NCBI GenBank assembly: GCA_049999805.1
Contig: JBNGIO010006274.1
Coordinates: forward strand, 267,818 to 297,874
DNA length: 30,057 nucleotides
Origin: Folioceros fuciformis
Taxonomy: Eukaryota
Direction of reading: 5' to 3'
Shown here: positions 10,987-20,268 of the stretch, piece after piece
Layout: each line of letters starts with the position of its first letter
How positions within the stretch are numbered: the stretch's first letter is position 1
Position numbers and translations under genes: made by a program
The notes under the pieces: generated by a model
The model's database searches: none
Told to the model about the DNA's origin: nothing
The model's input: only the letters and a program-made list of their open reading frames with translations

Positions 10987-12242
10987 TGATGATGCAGAGA
11001 ACTCATTGGAGATTTCCCATTTGATCTCACAGACCATATGTGGACTCCACATGCTGAATAGGTCCTTGGAAAATGGTAGGATTTCTCTTTTTGGGAATTT
11101 CTAAGTGAACCCTGTGGTGAAATGGTTAAAAGATTAGGTTAGATTAGTAGCTAGATTAATGGTGAGGCGAGACGCGTCTTTGAAGGGTTGCTAGAATGAT
11201 CTGAGAGAAGGGATGGAATGATTTGAGAGAGGAGGGAAAGTGTTGAGAGGCACTGACCATTTTGGTAGTCTTGAGAGGTTGGTCAATTTTGGTAAGGGCA
11301 CCTAGTGGTGTCCATGGGACACAACCCCTATTAGGTCAGAACTAGGTTTGGGTCAAAGTTAGGGTTAGGTCAGAGTTAGGTTTAGGTCAGAATTAGGGGT
11401 GGCTTAGGTCAGAGAGAGATTGCTGGGTGTTTGATTGAGGCTAACCCTAATAGATAGAGATGGAGGTTTGGGCCAAGGTAGTATAAGAGGCTAGACCTAC
11501 CATTGAGGAGGGGGCTGTCTACGGTGTGATTTCCCTGGACCTTGGGTGCAGAACTCCTGGCTTAGGGCGCTGAGCTGGCTGAGACTAAACCAAGGTCCTG
11601 ATTTCCCTTGCCACTAGGGGAACGTGGAGGATCCCAAGACTGCCAAGATTCGTGTGGCCGGATCCGCAATAGCTGACCACCTTGCATGCTGGCTGAGGTG
11701 AGGTTGCAGGGCTATGAGCCAATGAGGCTACCCAGCCCTAGGCCTCGCCTCTGCGTTGAAGGCTGCAAGAGGGAAGGCTGTTGTGTTCCAAATTGCAGGT
11801 GAGAAGGGTTGAGTTGCAGATTTTGGAAGTGGAAGTGTTGAATTGAGGAGTTGAGCTGAAGTTGAGGTTCTCGTTCAACTGCGGAGGTAGCTAGCACTAG
11901 GTGCTGAGAGTTGGCGGCCAGACTTGGGGCTGGAGCCTCCTCTCAGCACTGAAGTGATTGATACTTGGAGCTAGAAACGAGGGCTGAAGACAATGCTGGA
12001 GTTCTCATTTTGTTGAGGCTGGGGTTGGTGTTGTGGTAGGAGTCGAAGACAGGACCAAGAATTCTGGTCTATTGCTGTAGCACTTGGTATATGCTAATAG
12101 ATAGGGTGAGATTAGGGGGATGTAGGTAACCTTGACATTAGTTCACTCCCTTGGGAGCGAATCATAAGACTGCAACGATAATAAGGGGAAGTGTGGCCCC
12201 TTGGTGGTTCTTGGGTGTGCAAGAAATCACTCCACACCATAG
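10987..12242 (+). mobile_element. ~1.25 kb solo LTR (probably Ty3/Gypsy) nested in the IN-RT linker of Copia #2
   Basis: Non-coding, G-rich insert starting TGATG at 10987, flanked by the direct repeat GACTC (10982-10986 and 12243-12247). It contains TATAAGA at 11482, and Copia coding resumes immediately after. The 3' terminus is imperfect (CACCATAG). Confidence 0.75.
11331..11413 (+). repeat. 17-bp tandem repeat (4 copies plus a partial), telomere-like
   Basis: TTAGGTCAGAACTAGGT / TTGGGTCAAAGTTAGGG / TTAGGTCAGAGTTAGGT / TTAGGTCAGAATTAGGG, then TTAGGTCAGA. Confidence 0.9.
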
Positions 12243-14187
12243 GACTCAGAATTCTAATGTATCTCCTGCAAAGGGGGACACACCAGCCATTGTTACAAAG
12301 TCAGAAGATGCACCTTTGTTGACTGACTCTGACCAACCCGTTATGTAGGACCTGCATCCTCATCAAGACATATTACCTGATCCCCTACTTGATAGTGAAA
12401 CATCAGAGCCTAAAGAGTTGCCAGATTCTGTTGATCCCACTTATGAGATTGCATCAACTCCTGTGCCAACCCCTGAACTTGCTCGTCATTATCCCACACG
12501 AGAATGGCGACCTCCTGACTTCTATAGTGCGCCTGATTTTTGTCCATCTTCTGCTCATATTCGGGCATATGCTGCTATCTCACTTGATCCTGTTGAACCG
12601 CAGTCTTATGCTGAGGCTTTGAGCATACCTGATCATCAAGAATGGAAAAAGGTCATACAGTCAAGATACGACTCTCTCATTGAGAATGGCACTTGGGAGT
12701 TAGCTAAATTACCTCTTAGCAGGAAGATGGTCTCATGCAACTAGGTGTTTAAACTCAAAGTCAAAGCAGATGGCACATTTAATAGGTATAAGGCTAGACT
12801 TGTACCAAGAGGCTTTTCACCAATTCCAGGTGTGGATTACTTGGAGACTTATGCTCCTGTGGTCAAGCTACCAACCCTACGAGCCATTTGTGCAATATAA
12901 GAATATAAGCATTTAAGAATTATGAGTTGGAGATGTTTAATGTCAAAACAACATTTTTGAATGGTAAGCTTGACACAGAGATTTATATGCAACAACCTCC
13001 TAGTTTTGAAGTAAAGGGGAAGGAGGATTATGTTTGTAAATTGAATAAAACTTTATATGGCTTGAAGCAGTCTGCCATGGCTTGGAATGCAGTGCTAAAT
13101 GCTGAACTTTTAGCTTTTGATTTCACCAAGATCCAATCAGATGGAAGCCTGTACGTTTACAACAAGAATGATATTGTGTGTTATCTAGCAGTATATTTAG
13201 ATGATCTAATTCTGTCCAGCAACAATCAAGCTTTCATCATAACTATTACAGATTTGCTGGCCACAAAGTTTAAGATGTCTAGACTTGGCCCTCTACAGAG
13301 TTGTCTTAGCATCTATGTACAGCGCAATAGAGAAAAGGGGTCATAACTCTTACGCAACCAAGATATTTGCTAACTAGCATAGAGTAGCTAGGTCTGAAAG
13401 ATGCAAAACCAAGTGCAACACCCTTACCTTCTGGTTTGAAGTTGAGTAATGGAATGTCACCTCAGACAGATGCTGAAAAAGCAAAAATGGTTCCAGTTCC
13501 TTCTAGACAAGCCATTGGTAAGTTGATTTATGCTGCTAATGCCACCCATCCATAAGTAGCCTTTGCAACAAGCTCTCTCTCACAATTTCTTGAAACTCCT
13601 GGTCAAGAGCATTGGACATGTGTTAAGAGAGTGTTTAGATATTTCAAAGGAACTCTCAACAGAGGCATTCAATATGTTATACACCTGGACAACAGCTTGA
13701 GCTTAAGGTCTATACTGACTCAGATTATGCAGGCAACATAGACCACTGAAAGTTAGTTTCCGGTTATGTTGTTAGTCTTGTTGGTGGGTCAATTTGCTGG
13801 ACGAGTAAGAAACAACCCACAGTAGCACTCTCAAGTACATAAGCTGAGTACAGGGTACTTACAGCAGCAACACAGGAAGTCATCTAGTGCACATTGCTAT
13901 TGAGTGAGATGGGTATAGTTTTACCAACTTGTACAGTGATTCGCACAGATAATCAAGGCTCGATGTTACTGGCTCAGAACCCTGTCTTCCATGCCAGAAC
14001 AAAGCATGTAGAGGTAGAATACCACTTCACTCGTGACCTCGTCAAAGCTGGAAAGATCAGTCTGGAATACATTCCAACACAAGAGAATCCAGCAGATATT
14101 TTAACTAAAGCTCTTGGAAAGGAGCTTCATGAAAGACATTTTAAACGTTTGGGCTTAGGAGACTCGTCGGAGCTCATAGGCAATTGA
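12243..14187 (+). pseudogene. pol: Copia #2 linker, reverse transcriptase and RNase H (stops and frameshifts)
   Basis: EPQSYAEAL, ENGTWEL, RYKARLV, VKTTFLNG, LYGLKQS, VYLDDL; YTDSDYAG, SKKQPTVALSS, DNQG, NPVFHARTKH, ENPADILTKAL. Confidence 0.95.
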
Positions 14188-14222
14188 GCTGAAAATTGAC
14201 AAGACATAAGTGGCAGAGGGTC

Positions 14223-15243
14223 CTAGCTACGGCGGCTGAAGGAAGAGCTCTCTTCCTCAGAATGGTCATTCAAGAAAGAACCAGAGCCAGAGTCAGATTC
14301 TCCGGATTGAGGACTGTCTTCATCTGTTTTGGACGAATCTGGCGTATGTGGACTGAACGGAGATTTGATTCTCTTCTTCTCTCTTTTTCTTGCTTGACCA
14401 GAGAGATAGTAGGCTACTAGAAGCTTCTTCCTCCATCCGTGTGGTAGACCCTGCCACAAGCAATTGGAGCTTAGAATGCTTCCTGCTTCATAGCTCAACA
14501 TAGTGAAGAAATGTAATTTCAAACATATCAGCAGCCAAAGCCAAGCACAAGCTTTCAGACTTGCAACTTACTAGAGGTGCTAACAAGGTGCCCCAGAAAC
14601 AGCCAACAGTTTTCAACCTTATGTGCTCCATAGTCAATTTGATGCAGCCCACATCAACGTTGTACCAAAGAGGGCTGCGTGGATGCTTGATGGAACCAAA
14701 TGTGACAATCTGTGTTTCCTCAGCCAGGCTTGGTGGGACAAGAAAGCTCAGATGTTGATTTTGGTCAGTCTCAAATTCCCAAGAAGGAAGTTTTCCACTC
14801 ACAGCTTTGGTCGGCGGAACCTGTCTTGCAACCTTAGGCGCCGTGCTGGTTGGACGAGGTGTTGAAGATCCTCCCATGGAGCTTTGAGATGCAGGCGGGT
14901 TCTTGCGGCGCTGAAGAATTCTTGTGGCGGCGCTCTGAGGGCTCCTAGGTCTTTGCTTCCTGTAGGCGCTGCTGCCTGTTGTTCCAGAAGACGTTGCTTT
15001 TCTCTTGTTGCAGGCAGCTGCTCCAGTGGTGGCAAACCGCCCTAGGGCGTCCCGTGCCTGGCATCGACGCTTGGTCGGCGCTCCGTCAGCAGAAGTATCA
15101 ATCTCGCAAAGCTCAGCTAGTTTCTGGTCCAAAAGGCTTATGAACAAGATGCTGAGGGCGTAAAGGAGAATAAAGATGGGAGCAAACCTATATTTAGGCC
15201 CCGATTTTGAGCTGTTATTGCACTCCATATCCAAAGATGCCAT
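14223..15243 (-). CDS. Antisense accessory ORF of Copia #2, unknown function; one stop or frameshift near 14490
   Basis: The 278-codon ORF 14488-15324 (first ATG 15243) and overlapping ORF 14223-14522 fill nearly all the space between the pol stop (14187) and the PPT (15369). Layout: hydrophobic 19-mer, basic low-complexity region, globular-looking domain, acidic Ser-rich tail. Confidence 0.6.
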
Positions 15244-15368
15244 GAAGAGGTGCTGGCGCAACGCAATGCTTACTCTGCAGCGGTGGCCGTTTGCGGATCT
15301 GAAGCTCAAGGGAGACAGTCTCACGAATAGCTCACGGCGGCTACGACTGTCCTTGAATCTTAATCAGC

Positions 15369-15377
15369 AAGTGGGAG
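15369..15377 (+). other. PPT of Copia #2
   Basis: AAGTGGGAG, 3 nt before the TG of the LTR. Confidence 0.75.
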
Positions 15378-15380
15378 CAA

Positions 15381-15620
15381 TGATAAATAGTGCTGATAAT
15401 GATAAAAGGGTTTATGTTGTTAAGATAAGATATGTTGAGTTACGTTTACAATGTTTAAGTGACATTATATAAGAGTCATGGCTTAAGTGAACAACTACAA
15501 TGTTTCAGTTAGTTTAAGTTGTGTTTTATGTTTCATAAACTCTAATTCTTTTCTTGAACCAATAATGAAAATCTGAATGTTTTGATATAATTTCTTTGCA
15601 TTTACCTCCATAATTTGTCA
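15381..15620 (+). mobile_element. 3' LTR of Copia #2 (240 bp)
   Basis: TGATAAAT...ATTTGTCA terminal inverted repeat (7/8), TATATAA at 15466-15472, preceded by the PPT; sharp composition change at 15621. Confidence 0.8.
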
Positions 15621-15763
15621 GATGGCACCCTCGGACTTGGTGAGTCGGGACGAGGTTGCTACTGCTTGCTCCTTTGCTAGGCTCTTCCTTCTCTTCGCCA
15701 CCCTCCTTGTGTCTTGAGGGACAAGGGTAGATGAATAATGGTTCATGGGCAAAGCAACTCCAA

Positions 15764-16819
15764 CTAGTGTTGGGCCATGGTTAGGCAATGATGGTTCATG
15801 GCCATAGAAGCTTGAATTGGTATTGGCTCATGCGTAGTAGGTCCCACCGGTATTTCCATCCTATGGTTAGGCTCATGATGATATACATCATCGGTCGCAT
15901 CATCTTTCACAAGCATTAACCCGCGCACCATGTCGATACGCAGAGCAGCTCTAATTTCTGTTGTTCTAGCAAAGGTGGCCGCTAACCTGTTCCTACGGTT
16001 TTGTTTTTGCTCTGCAAAATTTACGTATAGAGGTTTTGAATTCATAGCCACTATTCGTCCATTCATTTCTCTTTTTGCACGATTGGCATTCTCGTAGTTC
16101 GAAAATGAGACAAATCCCACACCCTTACTCAAACCCTCTTGGTTTTTGAGTACCTGGCATGAGATTATCGTGCCAAAATGTGCAAACCACTCTCTCAAAC
16201 TATCATCATTTATGGTGTCGTCCAAATGCTTTATGTATAGGCTCACACCTCGATGAAGTTCCGCAAGCTCTACAGCTCTCTCATCTTTCGTTTGGGCTCT
16301 TGCAACATACAATACATTGTTATTCCACTTCTTTCCATTGAGCTCTGCAATGGCTCGAATGGCATCCTCTGCATGTTCAAAGTTAACAAAACCAAAGCAT
16401 CTTGATCTTCCATCATTGTCATGCATCACAATACTACTAGTGATGTTGCCATAAGGTGCAAAGATGTTTTGCAACTCCTCAGTGCTTAAGCTTTCAGGGA
16501 AGTTCTTCACGTATACATTGGTGAATATCTCTGGATTTTGAATGTTGTTTTCACGTCGAATAAATTTGGTCACAAACAATTGTTTGCCATTGAATAATTT
16601 ACCATTCATTTCCGTTATGGCACGTTCGGCATCTTCGTCCTCTTGAAATTGCACAAACCCAAACCCTTTAGATTGGCCTAAACTGTTGATGGTTACCTCA
16701 CATAATAAAATTGGCCCAAAGTTGGAGAATGCTTCATGGAGAATTGTGTTATCAATTGACAGGTCTAGACCTTTCACAAAAATCTTGGCAGCTTCGCTCA
16801 TCTCAATATCATTGTCCAT
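15764..16819 (-). CDS. PABP: Intronless polyadenylate-binding protein-derived ORF: three RRMs (PABP RRM2, RRM3, RRM4) plus an unrelated tail; no RRM1 or MLLE/PABC
   Basis: 351 aa from ATG 16819. KIFVKGLDLSID...GQSKGFGFVQF matches RRM2; FTNVYVKNF...GRSRCFGFVNFE...ARAQTKDER matches RRM3; LYIKHLDDTINDD...SKGVGFVSF...MNG...SKPLYVNFAEQKQNRRNRL matches RRM4. No internal stops. Confidence 0.9.
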   Translation of the reverse strand: MDNDIEMSEAAKIFVKGLDLSIDNTILHEAFSNFGPILLCEVTINSLGQSKGFGFVQFQEDEDAERAITEMNGKLFNGKQLFVTKFIRRENNIQNPEIFTNVYVKNFPESLSTEELQNIFAPYGNITSSIVMHDNDGRSRCFGFVNFEHAEDAIRAIAELNGKKWNNNVLYVARAQTKDERAVELAELHRGVSLYIKHLDDTINDDSLREWFAHFGTIISCQVLKNQEGLSKGVGFVSFSNYENANRAKREMNGRIVAMNSKPLYVNFAEQKQNRRNRLAATFARTTEIRAALRIDMVRGLMLVKDDATDDVYHHEPNHRMEIPVGPTTHEPIPIQASMAMNHHCLTMAQH

Positions 16820-16841
16820 ATTGAAATATAAAATTAAAAAC

Positions 16842-17042
16842 AAACCCTAAGCTAAAGGGTAGAAGAATATGTAGTAGCGATCACTCCTTACTTAGATAAA
16901 GATTCTTGAAGAATAATGTAGAGGCTCACAATTGAGTCCCTAGCTTGACAAATGACAAATTGCTTTCGATGGATGAGTAAGAAGAGGCCTTTGCTGCTTT
17001 CGATGGATGAGTAAGAAGGAGCCTTTGCTTTAGCCTATATAG
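16842..17042 (-). promoter_or_regulatory. Putative promoter/5' UTR of the PABP-like ORF: TATA-like box and telo-box
   Basis: Minus-strand CTATATAG at ~17035-17042, ~220 nt upstream of the ATG; AAACCCTAA telo-box at 16842-16850. Confidence 0.5.
16961..17028. repeat. 34-bp tandem duplication
   Basis: TGCTTTCGATGGATGAGTAAGAAG(AG/GA)GCCTTTGC x2, 2 mismatches. Confidence 0.95.
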
Positions 17043-17199
17043 AATTGCTAACAAAGCTCTTCGTAGAGATAGGAACACAAGATAATGATTGATGATAGTT
17101 CTTGGTCTAGCCAAATATATAGCTTGGAGGCTAACTTTAACTAGGCAATAGCTAATACAGGTATCCATAAACACCACACATTTCTAAATTTTGACATAT

Positions 17200-17770
17200 A
17201 AAATCTTTCTAATTTGAATTATTCACAGTAGATGGATTTATTAAATACTAATTTGAATTATTATTGGGTGGTCCATTTCTTAATAGTAATCTCTACTATT
17301 GTTGTTTATTGTCCACGGTTTAGTATTATTTTTATTATTACTCATTGCTTAGTTTTTAATACTCATTTCAATTCATATTAGTAGGTTCAACACTAATTTC
17401 ATCTATGATTGGTTGGTCCATTTTTTAATGCTAATTTCAACTAGTATTGGCAGGTCTTTGTCTTCCCACATATTAGAAGATCTCTAATTTTAACCAATCA
17501 GGGTTAATGGNNNNNNNNNNNNNNNNNNNNNNNNNNNNNNNNNNNNNNNNNNNNNNNNNNNNNNNNNNNNNNNNNNNNNNNNNNNNNNNNNNNNNNNNNN
17601 NNNNNNNNNNCATATTAGAAGATCTCTAATTTTAACCAATCAGGGTTAATGGATTTCTTAACTACTAATTTCATTTTATGGTGGATTCTTTTACTACTTT
17701 CAACTACTAATAGTTAGTGGATTTTTTTAATATTAATTTCAACTATCTATAATTATTGTTGGTCAAAATT
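17200..17770. repeat. AT-rich degenerate repeat array (approximate unit TTAATACTAATTTCAACTA..TTGGTxGGTCCATTT)
   Basis: Recurrent ACTAATTTC/CTAATTTCAACTA and GGTGGTCCATTT/GGTTGGTCCATTT motifs at irregular ~35-40 nt spacing. Confidence 0.6.
17511..17610. other. Assembly gap (100 N) flanked by an identical 42-bp sequence
   Basis: 17469-17510 is identical to 17611-17652. Confidence 0.98.
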
Positions 17771-18266
17771 TCTTGAAATAGCATTGATCGGTTCAAAACG
17801 AGAGCCATTAGAGGTCCTCATTTACGACAACCTTGGAAATTATGGGATTTTCTAATTATTAATTTCACCTGCTTGTTAGGTGGGTCTAAGGTTTAGGGTT
17901 GCCTTCTTAGCGAGGTCGATGCATATTTTCTTGCTTATTGTGCAAGTCAAAGCAAGTAGTGCGCTCAACATGCGTATAGATACCCATCTTGTGTTTTGTA
18001 TTATTGCGATGAGTAGATGGATATATAGGATGGTATTTATTTCACAAGTCCTCATATTGCGGCCATCTTGGGGACCTCACTTATATGAATGTGTCTGCAA
18101 GGCAAATGAGATTTTCATGCTAGTGAAAGAATAGAGTAGCGAGTCATCTTCTTAGATATATGGCCATCTTCCATGTTGCACCCAAGTCTCATATCCATAA
18201 ACCCTTTATGTATGAATACTAGTCACAAGTCCAACATCCTATAGATATCGTGTAGTGTTGTTGATC

Positions 18267-18300
18267 GTAGGAACACTAAGGTTGTAGGAACACTAAGGTT
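18267..18300. repeat. Perfect 17-bp tandem duplication
   Basis: GTAGGAACACTAAGGTT x2. Confidence 0.95.
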
Positions 18301-19210
18301 CTTAACACAACTTGGTGCTCAAGTGGATCACAAGGAACGAGGTAGGCTGCACTTAGCTAATCCTCATTCTCTAGATTGCACTTAGCTAAGTCCCATTATC
18401 TTGGAAGGAACATGTATAAAGTATTACCAATCAATTGAAGAAAGAACATGGAATTGTTGTTCATAACATGAAAGCTAAGACAATGATCTTCGATTAGTAT
18501 TGAACAATATAGGTATTAGAAGAAGAAGCTTCAGTTGTCAAGTTAAGTCAAATATTGTGTCATGGAAGAGGACTTGCAAAACTTACTACTGAAAATGTTG
18601 GTGACCATGGTGAATGAAACATGTACTATTTTCATGTTAATTAATATGACACGTAAATAATTTGTGATACAATGATTTATTTAGGGGACCAAGGTAGAGA
18701 AACCAAACTAATAGCCAATTATTACTGGTTGGTTAGGGCATTCTCACTCAGGTGGTTGTCATGATGCCTTGTGGTTGTGGGCCAATTAGAACTCACTTTG
18801 ATGGTGACCTAGCTTAGCACTAAATTGGCCAAACCGGTAGTTTGTATGCACTCTAGAAGTAGTTTGATTGCGTGGTATTGTGTAAAGGAATTATGTAAGA
18901 AAAGATCGGTTACTTCATGCTTCCATGTTTTTTTTTTATCAAAAGTTTGTTTTGGTTGTTTTGACCCTTTTTTACATAGTGTTTAAGTGTGAATACGACT
19001 TCATCTTATCTGTGAGTTCATCTTGGATTCCTATTTTTTTTAACAAAGTTTGTCAAAAGAATAGGAATCCATCTTAGCTTTGAGCTATACTACTAAGGTT
19101 TGGTGTAAGGGTAGACAACCTTTCATCTTTGCCTACAAGTGCCATTATTTGAGATACAAAAGACCCTTCCACATGTTCTACTTAGATCTTTGACTATCCT
19201 AATTAGTTGG

Positions 19211-19415
19211 TGTTGGCGAGTAACCGCACTCGCATAGGATTAATTACCTAGGTTAGTTGTGGTCATCTTATATTAATGTTAATTAGTGAAGGGGTGCGTA
19301 GCCTAGTGGATGGTCATATATTCACTTACATGACTCTTTCTTGTTGATGTGTCATTCATATAATATATGTTTTGTTTTCCTTATGCTCTCTTCTCACGCT
19401 CTACCATTTCGGACA
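19211..19415 (+). mobile_element. Probable short 5' LTR (~205 bp)
   Basis: TGTTGG at 19211 to ...GGACA at 19415, directly followed by a PBS; the start is inferred. Confidence 0.55.
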
Positions 19416-19427
19416 TGGTATGAGAGT
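19416..19427 (+). other. Primer-binding site complementary to tRNA-iMet
   Basis: TGGTATGAGAGT matches canonical TGGTATCAGAGC at 10/12. It directly follows CA, and the TTCCGCTGC motif common in retroelement leaders lies ~30 nt downstream. Confidence 0.75.
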
Positions 19428-19745
19428 CATGCTTTGGGACATAGATCTTAATTAATTCCGCTGCATAGAAGAAGCATGTAGGAATCCATGAAAAATTAAT
19501 TATATAATAATTTTTCAATGACTTTATTGACAAAGGATTGACAATTGATGTAGAGGAAGAACAATAGGGACTTCAACAAATTCACATAATTATTCTTTAA
19601 TAATTATGGAAGTATGCTCAAGCCCACATTGCCTTCCCTGCACACAATTCTCAGTTACAAAATTCTGAGGAATAATGAATTAACAATTTAAATTCATACT
19701 CTCTGGAAATGCCTTCAGTCTAATGTCGCTGCTTAGCATGTCAAC

Positions 19746-20081
19746 TTGGATGATACTGTGGAGATTGATTCTCCACAAATACCAGAGATACATGATGCTC
19801 ATCAATACCTAGTTGAGCGCATTAATAATTTGGAGGATACCATGTTACAAGTCTTGGCCATACAATGTCAACAATCCTTGGCGCAAAATTCAAGGGCAAT
19901 TAGTAAACTTGAGTCAAGCTCTACAGAGATTAATGGGTGCCTTCAACAACTGTTCCAAGAACTTTTACACACACATCTAGTGACTCCTCCAGACATGTCA
20001 ATTTCTGTGGTGCAACCTGTTGTTGGGATGTTTCTCCCAACCCTGCTTCCACCCCCTAAAAAAACGGGAGAAGACAATTAG
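19746..20081 (+). pseudogene. Short coiled-coil-like ORF, possibly the N-terminal gag remnant of another LTR element
   Basis: 111 codons, non-ATG start, heptad-like LVERINNLEDTM / ISKLESSSTEI; no diagnostic motif. Confidence 0.3.
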
Positions 20082-20268
20082 GATTCCGGTTCATGTGAAA
20101 GGGAATATCAAAGTTAGGGTTTAGATATTCACCTCTGTAGAATATCGTTTCGACAAGTAGGTTTCGTTTCGAGTCACCTCTTAGTTTTTGTGTCTCTCTA
20201 CACGCTTGCTTCTTTACAGCTGCAAATCCTGCATAGACACCAACACATAAAAACAAAAACGGATAAGC

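Larger units (their letters stand above)
8906..15620 (+). mobile_element. Ty1/Copia #2: 5' LTR and gag start missing, interrupted by a solo LTR, 3' LTR retained
   Basis: Co-linear gag, PR, IN, (insert), RT, RH, extra ORF, PPT and LTR as itemised below. Confidence 0.92.

Noticed and set aside
11331-11413. CRISPR-like array (also the 34-bp and 17-bp duplications)
   Set aside because: Head-to-tail repeats without unique spacers, eukaryotic context, no cas genes.
15127-15190. GT..AG intron within the Copia antisense ORF
   Set aside because: The 64-nt candidate would shift the frame into immediate stops, and the unspliced frame is open; left unresolved rather than called.
17469-17652. Biological 42-bp direct repeat or TSD
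   Set aside because: It exactly abuts a 100-N scaffold gap; most likely contig overlap.
19150-19210. Minus-strand IVKDLSRT resembling the TBC RabGAP IxxDxxR motif
   Set aside because: Very short, flanked by stops, no splice sites or further motifs; consistent with chance.
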